From Nemertoderma westbladi (taxonomy: Eukaryota > Animalia > Xenacoelomorpha), in contig JAUCBJ010004510.1 in the NCBI GenBank assembly GCA_032718475.1, positions 24,459-88,458 on the forward strand: 64,000 nucleotides of DNA, read 5' to 3'. The translations under genes were made by a program, and so were the position numbers. Below are positions 49,746 through 60,440 of the stretch, piece by piece. Position 1 is the stretch's first letter. Each line of letters opens with the position of its first letter. The notes beneath the pieces are model-generated. The model ran no database searches, had not been told where the DNA came from, and saw nothing but the letters and a program-made list of their open reading frames with translations.

Positions 49746-50180
49746 TAATAATTGTAAATAATTGTATATTGAGCACATGAGTTCCATCGAATTGCAGTTC
49801 TCAGAGTATCAGTATCGCTGTGTATCCGTATACTGTATAGTTTAGCGTGGTTGAGCTTGGCTCATCGAATTGGTTTATCCCACCATTATAATTACCCCAT
49901 AGTTGTTGATCACATGCTGGTTTCGCGACTGTCGATCGATATAGTTGGGACATACTGTATTACATAATCACACAGTAACTTGTTACAATGTGCGCCTTGT
50001 AGGATTATATGAATGCATCTAATGTATAAACCTTCTACATTATCTATATAATATAGTTAAATAGAATATTCACACATAGACCTATTGCTACTAATACTAT
50101 TATTATACAGTATATTATTAGCCTAGGCATAAGCAAGCAACCAAACAGTCGGCCGAGGCCGTAGGCTCCTCTTTCGATAG

Positions 50181-51340
50181 CTGCTACCCGAAGGTAGGGG
50201 TGGGTGCTAATCCTACCCGCTACCCGAAGGTAGGGGTGGGCGCTAATCCTACCTGCTACCCGAAGGTAGGGGTGGGCGCTACTCCTACCTGCTACCCGAG
50301 GGTAGGGGTGGGCGCTAATCCTATCTGCTACCCGAGGGTAGGGGTGGGCGCTACTCCTATCTGCTACCCGAGGGTAGGGGTGGTTGCTACTCCTATCTGC
50401 TACCCGAAGGTAGTGGTGGGCGCTACTCCTATCTGCTACCCGAAGGTAGGGGTGGTTGCTACTCCTATCTGCTACCCGAGGGTAGGGGTGGGCGCTAATC
50501 CTATCTGCTACCCGAGGGTAGGGGTGGGCGCTACTCCTATCTGCTACCCGAGGGTAGGGGTGGGCGCTAATCCTATCTGCTACCCTAGGGTAGGGGTGGG
50601 TGCTAATCCTATCTGCTACCCGAAGGTAGGGATGGGTGCTAATCCTATCTGCTACCCGAAGGTAGGGGTGGGTGCTAATCCTATCTGCTACCCGAAGGTA
50701 GGGGTGGGCGCTACTCCTATCTGCTACCCGAGGGTAGGGGTGGGCGCTAATCCTATCTGCTACCCAAGGGTAGGGGTGGGCGCTAATCCTATCTGCTACC
50801 CGAAGGTAGGGGTGGGCGCTACTCCTATCTGCTACCCGAGGGTAGGGGTGGGCGCTAATCCTATCTGCTACCCGAGGGTAGGGGTGGGCGCTAATCCTAT
50901 CTGCTACCGGAAGGTAGGGGTGGGCGCTACTCCTATCTGCTACCCGAGGGTAGGGGTGGGCGCTAATCCTACCTGCTACCCGAAGGTAGGGGTAGGCGCT
51001 ACTCCTATCTGCTACCCGAAGGTAGGGGTGGGCGCTACTCCTATCTGCTACCCGAAGGTAGGGGTGGGCGCTACTCCTATCTGCTACCCGAGGGTAGGGG
51101 TGGGCGCTAATCCTATCTGCTACCCGAGGGTAGGGGTGGGCGCTAATCCTATCTGCTACCGGAAGGTAGGGGTGGGCGCTACTCCTATCTGCTACCCGAG
51201 GGTAGGGGTGGGCGCTAATCCTACCTGCTACCCGAAGGTAGGGGTAGGCGCTACTCCTATCTGCTACCCGAAGGTAGGGGTGGGCGCTACTCCTATCTGC
51301 TACCCGAAGGTAGGGTTGGGCGGTACTCCTATCGGCTATC
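50181..51340. repeat. 36-bp minisatellite (CTGCTACCCGARGGTAGGGGTGGGCGCTAMTCCTAT)n, ~32 copies
   Basis: Read directly; the units abut with no unique spacers. Confidence 0.97.
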
Positions 51341-51540
51341 TGCTACAGCTTGCCAACACATTGTTAGCTTTAATCCTAACTGATTCCGAAACAATTTTAT
51401 ATAACAAACTAAAATTAAATCTTTTAAAAATTGACAGACATTATTGGTTGTTTGACCGTGTGACAACTACTGTACTAACAATTAAAATATTGTTATAAAT
51501 TACTTAATTTGTTTCCTTGCATTGCCTTTAATTAGATAGA

Positions 51541-52670
51541 AGAATAATTGTTTATTACATGAGAAAAAAAGAATAATTTGTTTACTATTTTCGAGGCATT
51601 TTATTTATCGAACGCCAGTGAAGTTAATAAAGGGTCGAGAGAATATTGAAAATAAATGTTCCACGTTTTTTTCACATGCAATACGTCATTTTATGGCTGA
51701 CTACAAAACAAAGACTCAAGACCCAATTATAAAGACCTGTATAATTTTGTAACATGTGTTAACTTTCGTTTATTCTTTTGGTTCCACCAACGTGCCTCTG
51801 TAACCTGCTCCTTTAAATGGCAATGGGACCTAACGCTGTTTGTGACCTGTACAAAACATAGAGGTAAAGTCGCGTTAGGTCCCAAAGAGCGTTAGGTCCC
51901 ACAGAGCGTTAGGTCCCTTTGCCATTTAAAGGAGGAGGTTAGTAAAGGAGCAGGTTACAGAAGTGTGTTGGGTCAACCAAAACAATAAAACGAAAGTTAA
52001 CAGATGTGTTTTGTACAGGTCTTTATTATTTGGATCTTTGTTTTGTCCTTTTATTCTTAACTTTGTGGTAGATGTATATATATGCAAGTTGTCAATGACA
52101 AACAGGCAGTATGGGGACTGACTGGCTGAAAATAGATCTAGTAGTATTTCTATTCTTAACTTTGTACTTTTTGGTTCCTTCTTCAATTCTTTAATAAAAG
52201 ATAGAGAGCGATATAGTGTTACAATATATTGAACTGCAATATTTTGCTACCATATATTGCTTCCATAGTTACAGCGATTCAAATTATGATTCTGCATTAC
52301 TCAATGTTAAATAATTTAGTGTTCTCGAATATTTATTACGTAACTAGAGAGCCGCTTAACAACATAAACCAATATTGGTTATTGAGTTCCGTTTTGGAGT
52401 TCGTCTTGCAGACACTAAAGTTGCCATAACTTTTGAGTGTGAGCATGGATTTTGCTCAAATTACGTGCAAACCTTTTCTACATCGATGCTCTAGCAAACA
52501 CATGTAATAAAATTTAAGAAATTCCACCAAAAATATTTTATTGTACTTTTTTCGCCGAGAAAAAAGTAAAATCAATGCATTCCTATGGCTTACTTATTTT
52601 CCCTAGGGAAAAAGGTTTTTCTCCGATTTTGGGGTATATTCGAGCCAAAATGTAACAATTTAAGCATAAA
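51541..52670 (+). mobile_element. Family A repeat copy carrying an internal palindromic insertion (~51700-52050)
   Basis: Matches 48383-49060 on both sides of the insert. The insert has inverted CTGTAACCTGCTCCTTTA arms around GGGACCTAACGC/GCGTTAGGTCCC repeats. Confidence 0.7.
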
Positions 52671-52793
52671 AATATTTATTTTAAACTGTATTTATTATAT
52701 TAGATCTTTATTTTTTTTTGTTTTTATCATTATAATATAGGATTGAAAGTAAAAGATCTTGGCGCAATTAAATTGCCAAAATAATAGTTATTG

Positions 52794-53477
52794 ATGGAAG
52801 GTTCTTGGATTCCCCTAATTCTTTATGTTCTTTTTGTATCGATAGAGATACGGGCCAGCCTAGGCGCGGCATGTGCAACAGGTCACACTATTAAGGTCTA
52901 CGCAGAAGATGAGGATTCTAAAACCTTGGTTGAGAACTTCATAAAGGAATCCATTCAAACGTCGCAGGTTGGAGAGCAGATCAACCTGGATACACTACGT
53001 ACAACGGAATCAGTTGAGGATTGCAAGACATGCCTAGAGTTGTCTCTGCTTTACTACGGAGTTAGTAAGGCCACTTCTTCATTCCCACAGGCCGGGAAGC
53101 ACGTCACATTCGAAGTTCTGTATGTGATATGCAAGAATGATACGAAATGCGAAGAAGAGAAAACAGAAGCTGTGTGCACGGAAATCTGGAACAATGGTGA
53201 GTTGGATCGCGAGGGTATCGACCTCATTACAGGGATGTTGCAAACGCGAATGGAGAAGGTGAACACGCTCTGTCAGCAGGGGTGTTGTGACGGTTTCTGC
53301 GACACTCAATGGGAGAAAGATCCGCGAACATTTCAAGCAACGTCAACATCTACTTTAACAACATCGACGACGTCTACCACTGCTGGTTCCGGTTCTCGAG
53401 GGAACAAAGAAACCGAAAGCTTCGTTACTGTACTTGTCGTGGGAGCTGCAATAGTAACTGGAGTATTCCAGAACTAG
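52794..53477 (+). CDS. Secreted Cys-rich protein with Ser/Thr stalk and hydrophobic tail (putative GPI anchor), unknown family, intronless
   Basis: N-terminal hydrophobic WIPLILYVLFVSI..SLG, 10 Cys, TSTSTLTTSTTSTT, and C-terminal FVTVLVVGAAIVTGVF. ATG at 52794. Confidence 0.75.
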   Translation: MEGSWIPLILYVLFVSIEIRASLGAACATGHTIKVYAEDEDSKTLVENFIKESIQTSQVGEQINLDTLRTTESVEDCKTCLELSLLYYGVSKATSSFPQAGKHVTFEVLYVICKNDTKCEEEKTEAVCTEIWNNGELDREGIDLITGMLQTRMEKVNTLCQQGCCDGFCDTQWEKDPRTFQATSTSTLTTSTTSTTAGSGSRGNKETESFVTVLVVGAAIVTGVFQN

Positions 53478-54465
53478 GAGTATTCTAGAACTAGGAGTAT
53501 TCCAGAACTAGGAGTATTTCAAATACTAGACAATACTAATATAATTAAAGGTGGTGGAGTAGTATTACACAAATGAGGACAATAATATATTCTGTAGCTG
53601 AAGGATATCTGGTTGGTTACATGTAAAATATGTAACCATTTATGAGACTCAGTGAGATTCAGTGTTGGAAAAATATTTAACTTTTTCTCACTATTCTCGA
53701 GGTATGCATTATTTATTTACCGAGCGCCAGCGAGGTTTATAAAGTTACAAATATCCCGCAGTTTTCTAAATGGACCAATGAAGGATGATACCTAACTAAC
53801 CCAAAACATTTGCCCCGAAAACGTTCACACGCAAGACCTATTTTTACTCGCTTGTCCCCCCAATTTACTTTAATCTCCGATTGACTTGCGGTATATAATT
53901 TATTTACAAACAAGTCAGGTTCAAAACGGGAAATACAACTAAATTTATTCATTCCTTCCCAATTTATTATACTGTTACCTCTGAAGCAGTACTATATCTC
54001 TTAGGACGTATTGAAACCCATTTACTGTACCACCCCAAACACGATCTGTTAGCCCAAAATAAGCCCCATAATTACCCCATAAATTACCAGGGACAATAAT
54101 TTCTATATTGAGCTAAGGTTAGCTGCAATGAATTACAACAGGTGATGCTTAGAGGGCATTGATGCTCGCTCCTTATTGGGCCAGCAGACAGAAAACTGTC
54201 CACTCATACTACGTGGTTTATATAGCTGCCAGGCCTAAAGCATTAACAGGTTGTTGTCAACTTCTATTTAAAATACGAATAAATGTACTCTAAATTAAAT
54301 GTAAATCACTTATCAACCTTTAACAACAATAACTTATATGCTTTTACTTGCAAATAGAAATATCAATGTTGATTGATGATACTTACAGTATTATATGTAA
54401 TATAGTGGTGTCACTTTAGCGACTACCCTATTGTACAGTATTACTGCAAAACTGACTATAATAAC

Positions 54466-55033
54466 TGTTAGCGTATTCAATTCCGGTAACCACCCCATAA
54501 AGTGAGCTTTAAGCAATATTGGGAACACAAGGTTGATTGCCAATATCAACCTCGTATCACCCCAATAAAATGGGGACAAGAAACCCCAGAGAACACACAC
54601 ACAATAGAGGTCAGGGGTTACACCCCTGAGAGAGAGGGAACAACAGCACCGAAGGGAAACACTCCAAGGGAGGTTAAAGGGCGACAATTAGGTTATCAGC
54701 CAATAGGGGGGAAGCATCGACTGAGTAGAGCAACGTGGCCAACCGTGCAATATATTACCGGTCCTTGTGTTATTTCATCACTTTTAGTAAGTCAGTTAGT
54801 TAGGGCAGTACCGGAACTCTTATCACCGTCTCCGTTCACTGCCATCATCATCACTTAGTACGTTACCGGTACTCATCCACTCACTTTAGTAAACTGTGCT
54901 TATACTTCATATATTATACATACGTTACCAACAATAGCCAGAGTTAATAACACCATAACTCTTTTCACGCACACGGCGGGGACGCGTAGTTAAGAAACCG
55001 GATAAACCGGGATCCTCGGTGGATCCCGTCACA
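54466..55033 (+). mobile_element. Solo LTR, 568 bp
   Basis: ATAAC|TGTTAGCG...CCCGTCACA|ATAAC: TG...CA termini with a 5-bp TSD; AGTAAA near 54888; higher GC than the flanks. Confidence 0.72.
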
Positions 55034-55559
55034 ATAACTAAACTATCATCAATAGCTAATAGAGTTTTACAATTCAAATATAAGTTTAATTTATATATTT
55101 CAGAAACTTGTTTACTGTAGATATTAAAAACGATATTGTTTTTATTCCCATTTCTATTTATATGGGTTGCAAAAACTATTATTAGATTTATCTGTTAAAA
55201 TTTCATTGTGCAGTTCAATGTCGTTTAATGAAGTAAAAACAAAATGTATGTACAGTACTTCATACCTAAATCATAATCTAATCTAATCTCAAAGCTCCCA
55301 GTGAAAAGTGCGCAAGCGTATCGCAAGCGTGCAACGCAGGCGTATCTCATGTGATTCCCAAGAGTTATGGCCCGACATATACGCAAGCGATCTACTTGAG
55401 TTATGTCACATAAATATCGCAACAACTTGCGTTTAAGTCGCATAAAAAAAAAATGTCGAATAATGCCTTTGTTTTTTATTGTGTTATCGCTAATGTTGGG
55501 ATAGAGTTGGGTCATTTGAGCTAGTGTATCTATGGGGTATGGCTGTTGCTAGGTTACTA

Positions 55560-57214
55560 TTTTTTTTTAGTGAGATAACTACTGAGATTATCTAGGCTAG
55601 CAGTCATAAATTGATAGGAATCTATAAAATTAATGGAGATACTTTCTTTAGCGTTGGCTGTTGGTGTATTTGGATCAATTGCTAACTTTAAGATGAATAT
55701 AGGTTTCGGTGTTTTTTGGTATTACCGTCATTTTCTAGTGTGTTCTAGAACTATCGGTCATTCCCTCTTTTAGTAGTAAATGCATATCGAATTTCCTCAA
55801 GTTATGAAATATAATATAAAAATTATTCCGTTTTAGTGAAAGTTTCCTGTTGCAGCTGACGCAAGAAGCCCCTCGATACTCCCCGCTATAATGATCGTGA
55901 TCGCGGACTTTGGTGCTGAGATTGTCATTGAGGTTTAAATTATGAGAATCGGGGATTAAATTACAGTTACAGACGTAGCATTGTGTAGCGTTATTAAAGT
56001 CAGTTTGTTGGCTAGTAGTGAGTTGCATAGGGGCGTGTGTGTTTGTACTAGAAATGGACCAATCGTATAACTCCCTACAATGACTTTCCATAGCGGTTAG
56101 AAAGTCGCGCATTACGTGGTTACTGCCATCGTCACAGAAAATTTGAACATCTGTTTTAGGAGGGTTAATTAATTTCTGATTTGGTACTGTTTGTCAGTAA
56201 GGCCTCTGAGACAGCGTTCGAAGTGCGTCTTGTTGCCATTAGAATCTTTTGAATTTATTAATCTATCTGTGTTAGTAATAGCTACGTAGTGGGCGGGGTT
56301 TTTGGTTGTGGCTTCGATAAATAATATATTTAGTACAGTTTTACCGGAACAGTGCGCGCTATCTGGTTGACTTAGAATGGAGAGTTCTTCCGTGTTACTC
56401 CAATAAAGAAGGTTTATACAGTATAAAGGGTTTGCTTTCAGAAACTGGGGAATACCAGTTACTCTGTCCACCGGAAAACTTAAATTGGAAAAATCAAACA
56501 TGTAACAAACAATGTAATCAAACACGGTACATTGTTTATTTAATAATATTTTAGAATTATTAAAGCCTTGACCCTTTAAATAGGGGTTGCGTTGGGAACA
56601 TGCAATCTCAATAGTTATTCGCTCGATAGCTATTATGCGCCAACCCGAGCCGAGGCAGAGAAACACACTTAATAGCTGATCGATACGATTGACGGCGCTA
56701 GAAAACCAGTTATTAAAGTGGTTTGTTCATTTGTTGTTCATTTGGATCATTTGTTATAAGTAAACAGTCGTCCGTGTGCGCTTCCGTTGGAGGGGGGTTG
56801 AAAGGGATTGTTTGGGGAAATAGAGTTATAATCTCGCGACGTTGATGTTTCGTTATGGGAGCCGCCACCGCCGACTTGTTCTGGAGTAGAGTTGATGAGG
56901 GATGACTGGGAGTTAGCTGGAGTTTTGCGTTTCCGCGAAAAAAGACGAGTGTAGCATTCGTGGTTTGAAATGGACGATAGGGTGAGCGATTCCCCGCAGC
57001 GGCAATCGGCTGGCTCATTTACGTAAGTAAATACGGTGCCCCCATAGTAACATGAAGCCAGATGACCAACCATCGTCTTCTTTTCGGAGGACCAAGTTCG
57101 GCAACAGTCGCATCTATACTGTGCAAAATGAGTTTTAATATGGGATTTTAGATGATCACTCCGCATCTCTTTGTCGCAGATGGGGCAGCTGACTTTATTA
57201 GTAGACATAGGCAT
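55560..57214 (-). pseudogene. Degenerate Polinton/Maverick (adintovirus-like) protein-primed DNA polymerase B gene, N-terminal part
   Basis: Collinear fragments: C2H2 finger (CPIC...HIKTH), QVGGG, LGSGWRI, HYVAITN..RL, CYVC..KVRDHDHYSGEYRGASCVSCN (Endonuclease VII-like), IFHNLRKFDMHLLL and FIDSYQFMTASLDNL (exonuclease region). Truncated before the polymerase core. Confidence 0.82.
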
Positions 57215-57420
57215 CTTGAATCTAGAAAAAAAAATGGATTATTTGTAAAAATAAAAAATATACTGTATACTTGCTAAAAATAATGTATTAGTAGGTATTA
57301 ATCGGTTACTAGGCAACAATACTGTGTTTGTACAGTTAGGCCTATTGCTGTATTGTATCAATCTGTCAGTGAAACATAAAGCAGACAGTCGGCAGTGTCC
57401 AGCTGCAGTACAACACTGCA

Positions 57421-58033
57421 ACAGTACAAGTAAGAAAAAGTGTGGGTACCGGAAACTGCATTGCAGCATTGAGCCCTATCTACTGCTTTAGGCAACTTTG
57501 TGTACTGGTACCTACGTATATAGGTATGTCAAACAGGCTTGTCATTCTTAATTCTGTAATTGTAATAATTCAGTAATTGCTGAATTGTAATAATATAAAT
57601 TGCTTAATTTTAATAAAACCCAGTACCCGGCGACTTTTTTGCTGGGTCCGGGTCACCCAAACCCGGCCCGAGTTTGAACCCGCCCTGGTTAGATAGCTTA
57701 GCCAGTCTGTCTGCAGTACCGGTACTGCTGTAGGCTTCAATTTGAACAGAAGCAAATCTTTAAAAAAAAAAGACCGGCACCGGCAATGTTTTTGCCGGTG
57801 CAGGTGCCGGTGGTGCCAAACACCGGCAATACAGCAATACCGGACCGGTGCCGGCTGGCCGGTGCACCGATCGAACCCTAGGGGAGACGTTTATTCGAGT
57901 AGGGCGTTTAAGTTGCTAATTGGATAGGCGCTTATTACAATATTAGAGACAGAGTGCTTATTTGAGAAAATAAGGTAATTTAATTTGGCTCAATGCAGTT
58001 TCCGGTACCTACACTTTTTCTTACTTGTACTGC
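57421..58033. mobile_element. TIR-bounded element containing hAT-MITE-like end fragments
   Basis: CAGTACAAGTAAGAAAAAGTGTGGGTACCGGAAACTGCATTG and its inverse at ~57990-58033; internal ACCCGG and ACCGGC clusters. Confidence 0.55.
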
Positions 58034-58937
58034 AGTACTGTTGCAAACCACCTTTAGTCAGACAGTTACCGGTACACTGTCATACTGTCATAGGCCTATC
58101 ATAACCATTTATTCTTGTAAGGATGGTTTGGTTTATTATTTTGGTTAGGGTTAGTTGGTCAGGCCTCAACCATAATTACTGCCATTATTACTGATTACAT
58201 ACCGATTATTACTGAAGCCAGTAGGCCGAACGCATTCGAAAATACTGGTTTAATCAGGCAGTGGGAGATCCAGGCCATCCTTTGTAAATTTCCTTTAAAT
58301 TTATTTTTGTGTTTTCCTGCAACCACCTGCCCCCCCCCCCCCCCCCCCCCCCCCAGTAATTATTTTACACCCCAGAACTTTCACTACCGGATTACATAAT
58401 TACTGACATTATTGCCATTAACTTATGGCAATAATGTCAGAAATTCCGCAAAATTTCTTAGATTATGACTTAGGGTTAGGGTTACATGATAGTTTTAATT
58501 AGGGTTGAGGCCGCCACTACTGTAACCAGCGAGTTTCATACAGTATAAAAATCCAATGGCCGTGTAGGTACCCCAAACTGCATATTCCCGGTAATTTAAT
58601 TTCTGTGGGCTAATTAAAATTTTATGAAAATGATGTACCTTTTTGACCTTTTTTTAATTGCATCAAATATATTTCCACCTTTTTTTATTGCTAAAAATCC
58701 CCATGCGAGGGCTGACAATAGTACCCCGTACTGGTACCTGATTAATTCAGAAGTTCTGTCAGTCTTGTACCAATCTTAATCTTATTATTTATAGAAATAG
58801 AGTATTGAATATAAATTAAGATATAAATTTCTATATATAAATACAAATATACCTTGCTAATATAGATAGCTTGTCATACCTTAAACTAATGCCACCTGTA
58901 TTTAATTTATTGATTAATATTTATTGAAGATTTGATA

Positions 58938-60440
58938 ATGGATCAACATATTAATTTATTGAAAGAGAAATCATCTGGCGCCGATATAGTTATAAAGAGA
59001 GAAGAAACAGACTGTATAATTATAAAGAAAGAACCAACAGACTGTATAATTATAAAGAAAGAACCAACAGACTGTATAATTATAAAGAAAGAACCAACAG
59101 ACTCCACCCCCTATTCTCTTGATGTTAAACAAGAAAACTGCGTTTACGGATCATCTCCCATCGAAGATCACAACAATTTGTTCGGTAGAGTAAATGTTGT
59201 CCCTGTACTAGATGACGAAGATATTTCTTATGAACAATCTGGAGATTCTTTTATTGTTGAAAAACGGGAAAACGATAGTCCCGACTGTTTGTATCGTAGG
59301 CCTATTGAAACTGAAGGTACTGAAGCGACAATCAGTTGTGCAACAACAGAGTCCAGTAGTTCTAATGAAACTGTTGTGGAGTTGGTATCTTCTTCAGATA
59401 CCAGTTCCTGTTTGCAGTGCAATGAATTATTTAATAACAAAGGGAATTTAGAGAGACATATAGAATCCGTTCATAAAGACGTAGAGAATAAGTATAAATG
59501 CGATTATTGTGAGAAACTGTTTAAATGGAATAGTGCTTTAAAGAGGCATGTTGACTCTATCCATAAAGGTATAAAATATAATTGCAGTTATTGTCATAAA
59601 AAATTCAGCCTGCAAAGAAGTCTAAACACCCGCATTAACTTTACCCACAAAGGTATAATCAAGGATAGCTGCTCCGATTATGGAAAATCATTTGCTACAA
59701 AAGCCGCTCTAAACCGACATGTCGACTCTGTACATAAAGATATCAAACATAAGTGCGGTTATTGTAATAAAGAATTCAGTCAGAAAGGGAGTCTAAACAC
59801 CCACATTAACTTTGCCCACAAAGGTATCATCAAGTATAGCTGCTCCGATTGTGGAAAATCATTTGCTAAAAAAGCCGAACTAAACCGACATGTCGACTCT
59901 GTACATAAAGATATCAAACATAAGTGCGGTTATTGTAATAAAGAATTCAGCCAGAAAGTAAATCTAAACACCCATGTGAACTACTTTCATAAAGATATAA
60001 AGTACAACTGTTTTCATTGTGGAAAATCATTTGCTACAAAAGCCGCACTAAACCAACATGTCGACTCTATACATAAAGATATCAAACATAAGTGCGGTTA
60101 TTGTCATAAAGAATTCAGTTACAAACACCTCCTAAACACCCATATCAACTACTCCCATAAAGATATCAAGTACAACTGCTCTGATTGTGGAAATTCATTT
60201 ACTAGAAAAGCCGCACTAAACCAACATGTCGACTTTATACATAAAGATATCAAGTACAACTGTTCTGATTGTGGAAAATCATTTAGTACAAAAGACGCTC
60301 TAAAAAAACATGTCGACTCTATACATAAAGGTATCAAACATAAGTGTGGTTATTGTCATGAAGAATTCAGTCGGCAAGCCTACTTACACGATCATGTCAA
60401 TTCTGTTCATAAATCTTATCTCTTCTCAAGTTACCGTTAA
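58938..60440 (+). CDS. C2H2 zinc-finger protein, 12 fingers (10 intact, 2 degenerate), intronless
   Basis: Repeated CxxC..F.....L..Hx4H units with KDIKHK/KYN linkers; N-terminal 10-aa repeats TDCIIIKKEP. ATG at 58938. Confidence 0.88.
   Translation: MDQHINLLKEKSSGADIVIKREETDCIIIKKEPTDCIIIKKEPTDCIIIKKEPTDSTPYSLDVKQENCVYGSSPIEDHNNLFGRVNVVPVLDDEDISYEQSGDSFIVEKRENDSPDCLYRRPIETEGTEATISCATTESSSSNETVVELVSSSDTSSCLQCNELFNNKGNLERHIESVHKDVENKYKCDYCEKLFKWNSALKRHVDSIHKGIKYNCSYCHKKFSLQRSLNTRINFTHKGIIKDSCSDYGKSFATKAALNRHVDSVHKDIKHKCGYCNKEFSQKGSLNTHINFAHKGIIKYSCSDCGKSFAKKAELNRHVDSVHKDIKHKCGYCNKEFSQKVNLNTHVNYFHKDIKYNCFHCGKSFATKAALNQHVDSIHKDIKHKCGYCHKEFSYKHLLNTHINYSHKDIKYNCSDCGNSFTRKAALNQHVDFIHKDIKYNCSDCGKSFSTKDALKKHVDSIHKGIKHKCGYCHEEFSRQAYLHDHVNSVHKSYLFSSYR

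Noticed and set aside
50181-51340. CRISPR array (36-bp repeat with a hairpin), or a 432-aa CYPKVGVGATPI protein
   Set aside because: Units are contiguous with no unique spacers, there are no cas genes and the context is eukaryotic. The ORF starts at GTG and is open only because the unit is a stop-free multiple of 3.
58140-58521. Interstitial telomere (TTAGGG) and a possible Polinton terminus ACTACT at 58516-58521
   Set aside because: Only a few scattered TTAGGG units within a repeat; the sequence inside ACTACT does not resemble the 62529 terminus.
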